A stretch of 63,852 nt of DNA, filler included, from Octopus bimaculoides (lineage: Eukaryota): assembly GCF_001194135.2 (NCBI RefSeq). It is 5 parts of 5 records of this genome, joined end to end, with 100 filler letters (N's around TTAATTAATTAA, not from the genome) between each part and the next. Parts side by side here need not be neighbours in the genome. Positions count along the whole stretch, not along the records: positions 1 to 20,060 come from NC_068991.1; 4 more parts are not named here. The stretch is one strand, 5' to 3'. The first letter of the stretch is position 1, and every line of letters begins with the position of its first letter. Made by a program: the position numbers and the translations under genes. Shown here one piece after another: positions 1-12,619 of this stretch. Below the pieces are notes generated by a model, which saw nothing but the letters and a program-made list of their open reading frames with translations, had not been told where the DNA came from and made no database searches.

Positions 1-344
1 TTATATACTTACATATATATATATACATGCATATATATACTTACATATATATATACACACATATATATATATATATACTTTCAACTGGGCATTCCTACGG
101 GGACTTCGCTGCAAGCACAAGTCGCCATTAAATCTTGAAATTCCTGGAAACCCACGACCCGAACGAACCATACCTCGCAGGTCGCGGTCAGATTCCTTTT
201 TCAGGGCTAAAACGCAAGCGTACGCATTTTGTATTCTGTTGGCCATATAATATAACTACACCCCACATACATAGGCATATATATGTGTGTGTGTGTGTTT
301 CTATGAGACATTTCCAAGTAGGACGTAATACATACATACATTCG

Positions 345-425
<81 letters not shown>

Positions 426-1256
426 GGGAACAAAATTGGCATGATTTAGGGCCTAAAAAAAGCAGTAAAATGTCATTAATCTTTAATTCATTAATGACGA
501 GAATATAATATATCTATAATTTTATTCAATAAAGCTAAGGAAGTCAGTTAAACTGCTTGCGACTGGTTTCTATTTCAATGTTTCCGAACAAATTTCAGAC
601 ATTGCTGACATGGCAAGGATACTTCTAATTTATTCAATGCTACAACTAATTTCTATTTGGAACTAAAGTGTAAATTCCGTTTGTAAATATATAACAGAGT
701 TCGTAAATAGGGTATAAGTTATTTGATGGTGGAATGTTGTGTGTTATTTGTTTTTCGAGCAATTTGTTTTCTTTGCATTAAGAAATTAGATATCACTAAG
801 TGAATAACATTCAAAGAGTTCCTCCCTCATACAGTCATTAAGGGTATTTTCCTCAGAAGACTACCACAGTTTTCTTCCAACTGTAAGTAGTAATACCAGT
901 AGTAGCAGCAGCAGGAATAGGAGTAGTAGAAGCTATAGTAGCAGTTGCCTCAGCTGCAGCAGCCGCAGCATCAGCGATCATTCCGGTCGCAGTTGTAGTT
1001 CGCGGCAAGTGGTCGCAACAGCGTTCGTAGCAGTGGTCGCTGCAGCAATCGTAATATACTATTGTATTGTATTAATAGTATTTCTATGTCTATTACTGCT
1101 GGTGATCGTTATAACAATCGCCCTTATCATAGAGAAAAACTGCAGTTTCTATATGGCCAGTAGGTTTGTGAAAAATATTCTCTAAATTGCCCGTTGCTTG
1201 GTCTCAGCTCAGTTCTTATCAAGTAGGTACATTTTTAAGGTATGGCATTCTTTTAC

Positions 1257-1456
1257 CCTTTTACTCTTTTACTTGTTTCAGTCATTTGACTACGGCCATG
1301 CTGGAGCACCGCATTTAGTCGAGCAAATCGACCACAGGATTTATTCTTTGTAAGCCTAGTACTTATTCTATCTGGCTCTTTTGCCGAACCGCTAAGTTAC
1401 GGGGACATAAACACTTCAGCATCGGTTGTCAAGCGATGTTGGGGGGACAAATACAG

Positions 1457-1500
<44 letters not shown>

Positions 1501-1677
1501 GTATACATATATACGACGGGCTTCTTTCAGTTTCCGTCTACCAAATCCACTCACAAGGCTTTGATCGGCACGAGGCTATAGTAGAAGACACTTGCCCAAG
1601 GTACTACGCAGTAGAACTGAACTCGGAACCATGTGGCTGGTAAGCAACCTACTTACCACACAGCCACTCCTGCGCTT
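1257..1677 (-). mobile_element. SINE-B (tRNA head + CORE-like CCTTGGGCAAG + internal microsatellite), full length
   Basis: Seen on the minus strand: GCGCAGGAGTGGCTGTGTGGTAAG (A-box-like), GTTCAGTTC (B-box-like), ACCTTGGGCAAGTGTCTT, internal (TA)n(TG)n at 1455-1510, and a 3' half ending GAAACAAGTAAAAGAG. Established: CCTTGGGCAAG is the MIR/CORE-SINE core motif, and CORE SINEs are known in octopus. Confidence 0.85.
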
Positions 1678-2184
1678 ATCATTAGTAATGATCTTTATCT
1701 TCACACGCATTATAAGGTCCAATTTATTGCCTTCTTAAATCTTTTAGGGCTCCCCCAGCCTCAAAGATATTAAGGCCTGATATGATGGATATTTCACTGT
1801 TCTTGGTCTCAGATCGAATATACATTCTCACTCCTTTGAATTTTCACTGGGACAGCAGCTATCCTCCTGGCTTGGGTAAAAGCCTTTTCTTTGATTCAAT
1901 AAGAAGCTACCTAATTTAATATATTACAGCCTTTATTACTGTTTCGTTTAGAAAGTGCCTCGTTGTGACTTAGTGACTTCCTTTTCTGTTCGTATAGAGA
2001 AACTATTGTTGAATACAATTTTATACGACCGTTTCCTCCAAATTGTTTGGAAACGATCCTCCTTCATTTGTCAAAGAGTGAAGAATTCCTCCAATATATC
2101 TATGTACATGCATCTTCGCTCTCGCCTCTCTCTCTCTTACACACATAACATCTCCCTCAGTCTTTCCTTCTTCTTCTTCTTCTG

Positions 2185-2216
<32 letters not shown>

Positions 2217-2939
2217 CTCTCTCACACACAATCTCCTACCTTTCTTTCTTCATCCCCCTCTCTCTCTCTAGTGGTACGTCATTTCTTGTACAAGGTTACG
2301 AAAACAAATATACAAATACTTCATTAAATAAATCTTATATTTTTCTTTTTATGGAAGGTGATAGCAGCCCTCCAGGTGGCTTGGATACAAGCTTTTTTCT
2401 TTGATGCAATAAGCTCGCCAGTGTAAAAGGTTAGAACCTTTATTACTGCCGTGTCTACAAGTGATCTGCGTTCGTGTCCCACAAGCAGCCTTCGACTGTG
2501 TCTATCCAGATGGGGTTTTCAACCCAATATTTACATGTTAATAGCTTTACGTGCTTCGAGACCCAATATCCTGAATAGAATTATTCAGGTTCTCTCGAAT
2601 GTTTGTATTCTCTTATGACATCAAAAACCTGTTCTTCTTTTAATAATTCGTAGCCAATAAACTAAAATACTAATAATAATCAGAAACAGAAACAAAATGC
2701 TAGAGGAAATTCGGTATTTACTTCATTCACAAAACATACGTGAATGACTTCAATAGGTAGATCTTTGTAACAAAGTCAATGTTTGTAGAAGATACACAAT
2801 CTTCTTTCGCAACTTTGCTTTTAAACCTTACTGCTTCCATAAAATATATTCCGCCATTATTAAGGTATAGATTCATTCTACAATTTCTTTGCGTACTTCA
2901 GCAACTGGCTTAGTGCCCAATCAAAAGAAATCAATGCTT

Positions 2940-3018
<79 letters not shown>

Positions 3019-3958
3019 AAATATCTGTATAAAACAATAAACAACGTATATAGCTTTTAAAAAATAACATAAAATTATAATTACAGAAATAAACGTACGG
3101 CTACTGTAACTATTGCCTGTTTATCATAGCTTCCTTAATATATATCCGTTATAATGGCTCTTTGTCTGTATAATTGCGTTGTTGCTTTTACACTCGAATT
3201 AATTAAACACATTTATTTTATTATATCAAATTAGACGCACACCATCCGAAATAAACATACGCTTATATACGCTCACACACAAATGTATAAACACACATGT
3301 ACGTACAAACGCAAACCGACAGATACCCGCACCACAATACAATTACGAAGACATATACACATATACAGAGGCATACATGTACAGGCACACTTGTCAATAA
3401 TTATATAGGGATACTTCTAATATAATATTACATTTATTTTCATTGCTATTGATTTATCTAGTGTGGATAGAACGAGTAATTTCCAGTAGAAATAACTTTA
3501 AATTGTTATTAATTTCCTACAGTTCAAAATTGTCAGTACACACGGATAGCAAATTACTCTTACAGATACGCATAATCTAGACGTATAGACGCAGAGAAAA
3601 ATAAACATACAAAAGCAGATTTAGATAGAATCAACTAGAAGCGTATTCTTAAAGAGATAGACGTATGTGCAGCCATAAGCATATGTAGCGAAGGAAAACC
3701 ACACAAAGAGATATTGCTCTTTATTTCTGTAGTTTGTAAAGCAAAATGTGAACATCAATGCCGTTGGTTACAGGTGTACCCGAGTCATTCACAGTCTCTG
3801 GTAGAGTGTGACGGACAAATGAGCGTCTGTAAGACAGTGCAAGGAGATTTCTTCTTGCAATGGGCTACTTGGGAAGTGCATCCTATACGTACATATATAT
3901 ATGTGTGTGTGTGTGTGTGCGTGCATGTCCGTATGTATACAAAATATTTATGTATCTG

Positions 3959-4005
<47 letters not shown>

Positions 4006-4879
4006 GCCTATCTAAACCTCTCTTTCACTGTGTGTGTGTGTATATATATAAATATATACACACATACAAGGAGAGAGTAATGATAGTATAGGTAGTCGAA
4101 ACTTCGAAGTCACTGTCAACATTATTCTTGTTAAATAACAATGAATTTCTACTCTACAAAAGTATGGAGTCACCCTTGAGATTAATGTAAAATTGATTTT
4201 ATTATAACTGATCATAAGAACAAACATTACCATATACGTGTGTGTGTATATGTATTCATATATATATACGTATATATATGTGTATGTGTGTGTATTAAGT
4301 CTTATAGACACCGTTTTAGTTTCTTTATACTCGGATTCTTCTTGTATTTCATACATTTCCAGTCTTCTTACTCCAACAAGAATCTCTTCGTTTAGTTTTG
4401 TTTTATGGTTTCTTATTTTGCTTTGTTTCTTTGTTTCTTTGTTTATTTTTATCCCTAATATTTCTATGACATCTGCAGAGCCTCAATATTACAGATCATT
4501 AATATCCAACATATTACCTATCACTCTCAAGACATCATTAACTTTTCTCACTGCTCTGCGTAATCTCCCATTCTCGATTCCACTTAATAACGTAAATCTT
4601 GTTCGGTAATTCTTATTTAATCCCTCAAGAATCCTAATCCATTTATATTCTTCGTCCAATAACTCTAAGCCCTTTCAAGCTTGTAATCTATATTCACTTT
4701 CTTTCCCGCTTTTGACTTGTCACAGTAGATTTCCTTTTCCTGTGGACAACATATTCTCTACCACGACGTTGCTGATGCCACTGTTATTATTGCGGTCTGG
4801 CTTTTGTTATTATTATATTTATTAGCATTATTATTGTTGCTCTTGCTGTTGTTTTTGTTGTCGATATTATTGATGTTTT

Positions 4880-5419
4880 AAGGCGGCGAGCTGGCAGAAA
4901 CGTTAGCACGCCGAACGAAATGTTTAGCGGTATTTCGTCTGCTATTACGTTCTGAGTTCAAATTCCGCCGAGGTCGACTTTGCTTTTCATCCTTTCGGGA
5001 ACGATAAATTAAGTACCAGTAACGCACTGGGGTCGATGTTATCGACTTAATTCCTTTGTCTGTCCTTGTCTGTCCCCTCTATGTTTAGCCCCTTGTGGGC
5101 AATAAAAAAAGAAGAAACGTTAGAACGCCGGGCGAAATCCTTAGCGATATTTCGTCTGTCTTTACGTTCTGAGTTCAAATTCCGCCGAGGTCGACTTTGC
5201 CTTTTATCCTTTCGGGATCGATTAAATAAGTACCAGTTACGCACTGAGGTCGATATAATCGACTTAATCTGTTTGCCTGTCCTTGTTTGTCCCCTCTGTG
5301 CATAACCCCTTGTGGGCAATAAAGAAATAGGTATTTCGTCTGTCTTTACGTTCTAAGTTCAAATTCCACCGAGGTCGACTTTGCCTTTCATCCTTTCGGG
5401 GTCGATAAATTAAGTACCA
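4880..5419 (+). mobile_element. SINE-A (tRNA-derived) head-to-tail trimer, cut by a gap
   Basis: Seen: AGGCGGCGAGCTGGCAGAAACGTTAG...GAGTTCAAATTCC (Pol III A/B-box-like)...AATAAAGAAAT. Units are 4880-5111, 5112-5328 and 5329-5419. Confidence 0.85.
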
Positions 5420-6073
5420 NNNNNNNNNNNNNNNNNNNNNNNNNNNNNNNNNNNNNNNNNNNNNNNNNNNNNNNNNNNNNNNNNNNNNNNNNNNNNNNNN
5501 NNNNNNNNNNNNNNNNNNNNNNNNNNNNNNNNNNNNNNNNNNNNNNNNNNNNNNNNNNNNNNNNNNNNNNNNNNNNNNNNNNNNNNNNNNNNNNNNNNNN
5601 NNNNNNNNNNNNNNNNNNNNNNNNNNNNNNNNNNNNNNNNNNNNNNNNNNNNNNNNNNNNNNNNNNNNNNNNNNNNNNNNNNNNNNNNNNNNNNNNNNNN
5701 NNNNNNNNNNNNNNNNNNNNNNNNNNNNNNNNNNNNNNNNNNNNNNNNTATATATCGGGAAACAATGAATTTTCGACGAAAGAAATAAAAAAAAAACAAA
5801 GAGGAAGAGCAATTAAATGGAAATAAAACATTTTATTCAAAATATTAGTGACTGCACCAGAGTGAACTCTGTATGTCCGAGAAATTAGGAAAAAATAACA
5901 TACGTTTAGCGAATGTCAAAGAAGATCTGATGCTTTGCGAGACTGAAGGGGGAATTAGAGATAGCTTTTGGACATAAGAGCGGGAAGAGGGATGCGTATG
6001 GTATCAGGTAAAGTTATGTGATCAGTATGTGCCCCTGCTCATTAACAGATTCTGTATTATTTGAGAAAAATAC

Positions 6074-6750
6074 AAGGCGCCGAGCTGGCAGAATCATTAG
6101 CACGCCGGGCGAAATGCTTAGCGGTTTTTCGTGTGCCGCTGCGTTCTGAGTTCAAATTCCGCAGAAGTTAACTTTGCCTTTTATCCTTTCAGGTCCGATG
6201 ACATAATTACCAGTTACGCACGGAGCTCGATGTAATCGAATAGCCTTTTCCCCTCCCCCTGAAAGAAAATATTCAAAGCCTTACCCTTAGTGTACAAATA
6301 ATTATTTGAGAAAAAGTAAGACGGTTTTATGCCAGAAACGTTAGCACGCCGGGCGAAATGCTTAGCTGTATTTCGTCTGTCTTTATGTTCTGAGTTCAAA
6401 TTTCGCTGAAGTCGTCTTTGCCTTTAATCCTTTCGGGGTCGATAAATTAAGTACCAGTTACGCACTGGGGTCGATGTAATCGACTTAATCCCTTTGTCTG
6501 TCTTTGTTTGTCTCCTCTATGTTTAGCCCCTTGTTGGCAATAAAGAAATAAGAAACGTTAGCACGCCGGACGAAATGCTTAGCTGTATTTCGTCCGTCTT
6601 TACCTTCTGAGTTCAAATTTCGCTGAGGTCGACTTTGCTGTTCATCATTTCGGGGTCAATAAATTAAGTACCAGTTGTGTACTGTGTTCGATCCAATCGA
6701 TTGGCCCCCACCACAAAAAATTCGGACCTTCTGTCTAGAGTAGAAAAGTT
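6074..6750 (+). mobile_element. SINE-A cluster (three units, two tail types)
   Basis: Seen: units at about 6074-6305, 6316-6549 and 6550-6750, sharing the GAGTTCAAATT..GTCGACTTTG..CATCCTTTCGGGGTCGAT body. Confidence 0.85.
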
Positions 6751-7134
6751 TCATTCAGTAATTTTTCTTCTATTCGGTCAGCTATCGACGTTTCTTTTGG
6801 TGAATTTGTCCCTCTAATATTTGTTCAACAATAGGAATATGCTAAACAAAGTCCAGGGTTAACTGGCTTGCAAATGGTCACTAGTGTAATGATTATCATC
6901 AATGATTCTTTTTTTATTTTTTCATCTTTAGACCATTTCATTCCAGCCGTAGCTGTGGTTGATAAATCCTAGATTTTAATGTCACTAAGATACGACAGTA
7001 GACTATGAGCAATATCATTTGGTAACATCACATATTCCTTCCTGGAATGATATATCTCAGGCAAATAAAGAAAACTAAAGATATAATAGCATGAAAATAT
7101 TGTGTTAAAAAAACAACCCTTTGCATAGAAAAAC

Positions 7135-7200
7135 CGGAAGGCTACCCGGGGATTCGAACACATCTCCTGTAAACATGACAGGCTTGTCAAACATTATGAT
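7135..7200 (-). other. Degenerate tRNA-like / SINE-head remnant
   Basis: Seen on the minus strand: CCTGT-CATGTTT-ACAGG (5-bp stem, 7-nt loop) and GTGTTCGAATCCCC. The acceptor stem is not recoverable, so this is not a functional tRNA. Confidence 0.3.
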
Positions 7201-7712
7201 GTATATTTTTCTTGATAGCAAGCTTGCTTTCACTGAGAGAATTATAATTTTACGGCGAAAAACATGGCGCTGACGGAAAATACACAATCACCTCATAGAC
7301 GTTGGTATTCCCCACTAATTACGTATATTATTTTTATCACAGCAATGACTCATTCGTTGTTAAACATCGAAAAGGTGTTCGCAACAAACAGTGGCTCTTC
7401 TCAGAGGGTGTTGTGTGATTTTGACACTGGCTGCTTTAGACAAACACCTCGTTAAAAATCTAAAATATTCATTAAGAAAACTTATTTTTTTTAATTTTAA
7501 AATTTTTATTCTTGTACTTCGGCTTGCATTCTCTTGTTTTTATTTATTTCTTTTTTAATCATATCGATTTCTAATTTTTGGTACTAGTCCTCAATTTTGG
7601 AATTTTGGCGATAGAACATTTTAGGAAAAAAACTTACTTTCTATTGAATTGTTTTCTTTAGTGGTGTTACCGCCGACACAAATATTAAAAAAGAAATATT
7701 ATAACTGTTATA

Positions 7713-7912
7713 AAGGCGGCGAGCAGGAAACGTCGTTTACACGCCGGACAAAAGGCTTTACGTTCAGTCTTTACGTTTTGATTTCAGATACCGTCGGGGT
7801 AAACATTGCTTTTCATGCTTTCGGGGTCGATGAAATAACTACCAAGTGAGGAACTGTGGGTCGATGTAGCCGTATTACCCAAAATTTCGAGCCTTCAGCC
7901 TATAATAGAAAA
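7713..7912 (+). mobile_element. SINE-A copy
   Basis: Seen: AAGGCGGCGAGC head, body, CAAAATTTC..GCCT..AGAAA tail, then (TTA)n. Confidence 0.75.
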
Positions 7913-7937
7913 AAATTATTACTATTATTATTATTAC

Positions 7938-7970
<33 letters not shown>

Positions 7971-8147
7971 GTGGATTATTAGATTTAGTAGCAGTATATG
8001 TATCTGTGTATATATATTTATTTGTTATTCTTACAAAAGCATGTTGCTTACAGCATTGCAAGTTTCGGCCAGCAAAGCCATCGTTGGACTGCGCTACATT
8101 CGAGTTAGACTTGCTTTTGTATAGTTGCTTTTTTAATATGTATGTAT

Positions 8148-9735
8148 ATATATGGAATTTACTCGGAATTTATTGCGTTTTTAAATTTTGGAAACTATTT
8201 TTTCTTTTTTTTTTTTGAGAATTCTATTTTTGAATCATTTAGGAATCTATTTCGTTTTTTTTTTCTAGTTAATTTTAGTTAATTTTTGTTTATTTTCAGA
8301 TCATTAAAATGGAATGTCAAGTTAAGAAAAACGAGCATTTTCAACACCTCCTTCTTTTTGCTTTTAATCAAGCTTCTAAGGCCGCAAAAGCTGCTCGCAA
8401 CATTTGTGCTGTGTATAGACAGTGTGCCATAGTTGAAAGAACCGCTCGTGATTGGTTTGACCTCAAAGACGCACCTTGTTCTGGCCATCCAGTTCAGTTC
8501 AATAAAGAGCGATTAAACTAACTTTTGCACGAAAATACTCGTCAAACGACAAGGGAACTGGCAGAGAAATTGGAATCCTCCCACACTGCTATAGAGAAGC
8601 ATCTACACTCGATGCGAAAGGTTCAGAAGTATAGAGCATGGGTTCCGCATGCTTCAAGTGACAACAACAAAAATCAACGAACCACAATCTCCGCTGGTTT
8701 GCTCGCTCGTCATTGCTCAACTCATGGACACAAGCAACGATTTCGTTACCGAATCGTTACTGGTGACGAAAAATGGTGTTTGTACATCAATATGAAGCAG
8801 CGTAAGGAATGGCTTAGCCCCGGTAAAGAAGCAACACCGCACGTGAAACAAGATCTTCATCCGCGTAAAACGGTGTTGCGCGTATGGTTGGACTGGGTAG
8901 GGATTATCCATTACGAATTGCTAGAACGTATCCAAACGGTCAAGGCGGAACTCCATGTTCAACAAATCGAACGACTCAACACGGTTATTCAAGAGAAAAT
9001 ACCTAATCGGCAGCATGGAGTTCTTCTGCTGCACGACAACGCCCGGCCTGATATCGCCAATATGACCAAGAAAGCCATTCAAATGACTTGCGATGAAAAG
9101 TGGATTCTGTATAATAATAAAAAATGTCCTTCACAGTGGTTGGATGAAAATGAAGCGCCGAAAACCTTCCCTAAGCCCGAGTTCTTCAAAAAGAAGGTTA
9201 TGGTGACTGTTTGGTGTAATGGTAGACTCATCCATAATAGCTTCTTAAAACTCGGAAAAACCTGTACTGCAGAAACATATTGCCATGAAGTTGCCAAAAT
9301 GAACGAAAAACTGCTACCTCTCCGTCAAAGACTGGTCAACAGAAGAGGGCCAATCATTCTTCATAACAATGATCGACCACACGTTTCACTAATGTCGCTT
9401 CAGAAGTTGAGGGAACTTAGCTACGAAGTTCTTCCCCCCTCAGCTTATTCCCCAGACCTTTTTCCTACCGACTACCACTTTTCTAGCACCTTGATGGTTT
9501 CCTGCGAGAGAAGAATTAAAAAATCAAACCGATGCTGAGAGTGCGTTGACAGAGTTCATCAGCTCCAGAACTCCAGATTTTTATGTTACCAGAATAAACA
9601 AACTTGTAACTCAATGGCAAAAATATGTTAATTGTAATGGTACTTACTTTGATGAATAAAATTTCTGCGTTGATGAAATATATTGTGATGAATTTCATGT
9701 TTCAAAACGTTGCTTACTTTATACTCAGCTTGATA
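8148..9735 (+). mobile_element. Composite (chimeric) mariner DNA transposon remnant
   Basis: Seen: transposase-derived sequence 8309-9659. TIR-like ends near 8148-8182 (TATGGAATTTACTCGGAATTTATTGCGTTTTT) and 9703-9735 (AAAACGTTGCTTACTTTATACTCAGCTTGATA) resemble mariner ends but do not match each other well. Confidence 0.8.
8309..9659 (+). pseudogene. Mariner transposase pseudogene, fusion of two elements at 9082/9083
   Basis: Seen: MECQVKKNEHF... HTH region, premature TAA at 8519, WVPH motif, VTGDEKW (D at 8765) and HDNARP (D at 9035). Then a second TCDEKW (D at 9092), HNNDRPH and YSPDLFPTDY (D at 9470), a frameshift near 9480, and a C-terminus ...WQKYVNCNGTYFDE* ending at 9659. Established: these are mariner DD34D motifs; the second half closely resembles Hsmar1/SETMAR-type transposase. 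Confidence 0.92.
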
Positions 9736-10630
9736 ATTCCCGTGCATCATCATCTTTTATCAAGACAGACATAAGAAGCTTACGATGTAGATTGGCTGAG
9801 CAGTTACTCGGTTGTCTGATGAAAGGTAAGGATTGTGAGAAACCATTTCTGCCAAGATCTGTCTCGACTATTTTGACTAAAGAAAATCAAAATTTTTAAA
9901 TCGCTATCGTCCTATGCTATTTTCGTTTGCAAATATATTTTCATATATTTATCTGAAATTGCATGAAATAAATCGTTATTAATTAAAATGTAAACGCTAT
10001 TCTTAAAAATACACGGTAGCAACATTTATTCAGCTCTCAAAATAAGTTCATAGATTGCTTTCCTTCTAATCATGAAACCTGACACTCATTAATCTAATCC
10101 ATATAGATTAGCACTGACTGGCTGTCTGCGGTCTAACTTCAGAACGTATGACGCACTTCCAGATTTGCAGATATACTTTAATGAACAGTGGTGACCAGAC
10201 TTGCTTAAATTTAAAAATACAACCTACACGATAAAGTTGTTTGAGAGACACCGGAAAGAAAAATTACACCACATTTCCAGTTTTCAATAATACCTCTCAC
10301 TATTTGCACTGAAATAGCATTTTCATGCTACGGTAGAAAATTCTGAATTCGTTGCCAGTAAATTATTATATTCCAATGCTAGGAAATTAACGTTTAAATA
10401 TTTTATATAAATTTTGAAGCTGATAATATAATCAGTAACGAAAAGTTCTCTTCAATGTACTGCATCTCTCAATCCTAACATTAATGCAGTCCCATTAAAA
10501 TGGAGTTAAGATGTAGCTCAATTTCCTCACTTTAGCTGAGTCCGTGCTCAGCCGAGTGGATGTTTCGTGTTCAACGTCGAATTCTTTATGAATAATTTTG
10601 CAACCACTGCCATAATGTTGACCATCTACA

Positions 10631-10760
10631 CAAGTGGTTCTCAACCGGGGTCCACACGACCTCTGAGGGCCTATATAATATTTTGGTGGTCCACAGAGCA
10701 AAAGATTTCATTGGGGATCCATAATAGTATTTTAAGAGTTCCTGCAGATTTTTTGCTTTA
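10631..10760 (+). mobile_element. hAT (Charlie-type) non-autonomous element, left end
   Basis: Seen: CAAGTGGTTCTCAACCGGGGTCC matches the CAGTGGTTCTCAAC hAT-Charlie terminal motif. The right end was not identified. Confidence 0.45.
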
Positions 10761-10842
10761 GACATATGTATTGTAAGAAACAGGGTTGGACTGGGTAAAT
10801 TTTGTTTATGTATATAGTTATATATATGTGAGTGGGTATGTG

Positions 10843-10894
<52 letters not shown>

Positions 10895-12619
10895 TATTCA
10901 TGTATGTATGTCTGCATGTATGTATGTATAGAGTGTTTGAAGTGCTGTACAGAAATTGTATATTGGGAAAAAGGAGGCAGTTAGAATTTTGGATAATTCT
11001 TTATTAGCGCTTTCGTCAGAACGTTTCGTTGTTCATTTTTTTGAATCGGATGTTTTGTTTTGTTTAGAAGAGGAGAATGCTGGTTTTGATTTTGGGGTGA
11101 AAAAAGGAGAAAGAAAGAGAGAAAAGCAAAGCGGGGATGAAATTAGAGAGGTTTCAGGACAATCAAGAAAGAAGAGGNNNNNNNNNNNNNNNNNNNNNNN
11201 NNNNNNNNNNNNNNNNNNNNNNNNNNNNNNNNNNNNNNNNNNNNNNNNNNNNNNNNNNNNNNNNNNNNNNNNNNNNNNNNNNNNNNNNNNNNNNNNNGAG
11301 AGAGACAGAGAGAGAAAGAGAGAAAGAGAGAGAGAGAGCAAACGGTTTCTTTTCAATTCGGTGTTGCCAGTTTACTGAAATTTCATTACAAAGTATTTTT
11401 GTTTTTTTTTCCTTTTTTGTCTTTCTGTTTTCTTCTTTCTTTTCCCATTGTATACCTATCAACATATTTGCAAATAAACACATTTTCTCACAAGGGATGG
11501 TGGCCTTTCAAAGGTGTCAATTTTAGGAAATAGGATGAAAGAAATAAGAAAAGAGGTCACTACTGAAAAATAAAAAAAGAGTTCAAAGTTCCAAGTCCTA
11601 TGAAAATGTATATTCTTTTACACGGTATAGCTAAGAGCCATATTCTGTGTAATTCTATGTTTTGCATGAACAAACATTAAATATTAGTACAATATTCATA
11701 AATAGGGAATATAAAGTCAGAATCACGAATTACTTTGCCAAGTAGTTACATTAGATATCTTTTCTAATCAGTGGTAAAATGGTTCCAGTGTTCTTTCGCA
11801 GGTATATATGAATATATATCTGACCATTTATAGAAATGAGTATCACGTTATTAACATTGGAGCCACATGAAGAAACAACAATAATAGTGTAAGTAATATA
11901 AATATTTTATCCTCAGGCATCATCATCACTCTTTAATCTTTTTACTCTTTTACTTGTTTCAGTCATTTGACTGCGGCNNNNNNNNNNNNNNNNNNNNNNN
12001 NNNNNNNNNNNNNNNNNNNNNNNNNNNNNNNNNNNNNNNNNNNNNNNNNNNNNNNNNNNNNNNNNNNNNNNNNNNNNATGTATTCCACTGATGAGACAAA
12101 GCATTAAATATAAATAACGTAAATACGAAATGGTAATTGGATACAGAAAGCGATATCTCGATAATAAACATTGATACAAGGGAAATGATTGGAAGGTCTA
12201 CTTGCAAGAAAACGCTAAAAATTGATTCTGGTATTGTCAGGAAAATGAAGTACGATTTTTAGTCGATTTCGTGGGAAGACGCTGAAAGCTAAAGTTTACG
12301 TATTAGAAAATGCCATAAACCTGTTTGGTACAAACTCGGTGGAGATATTTGGCTTTTGGGATTTACCCGTAAAAAACTTCTCTAATAATGATGTAAACGG
12401 TTCCGTACGGCAGTTCAAATAAGGCGTCGGAGAATTTTTAAATCTGAAACAGAATTAAAAAATATAATCTGCAACGTAGGGCACAACGGTCACATTAGAC
12501 GAATTCAGAACTAATGCAGCGAGAGGTGAGTTTATAAATAAAATGAAAAAAAATAGTAAAGTCTGAGACAAAGAAAAAAATACTTGTGTAACTGAGCGTA
12601 ACACGGGTTCGAAATGCTA

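Noticed and set aside
1-246. 81-aa minus-strand ORF at the window start
   Set aside because: No recognisable family motif, and it runs into a (TA) repeat. I cannot support a product call.
880-1050. GCA/GTA-rich stretch resembling poly-Ala/Gln/Ser coding sequence (also 29680-29820, 54290-54531)
   Set aside because: These are degenerate trinucleotide repeats without splice signals or flanking coding context.
4880-6750. Regularly repeated ~220-bp units as a possible CRISPR-like or satellite array
   Set aside because: The units are dispersed SINE copies with Pol III boxes and no unique spacers, in a eukaryotic context with no cas genes.
7135-7200. Possible tRNA gene
   Set aside because: The anticodon loop lacks U33 and purine 37, the T-stem is broken and there is no acceptor stem. 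It is kept only as a degenerate remnant.
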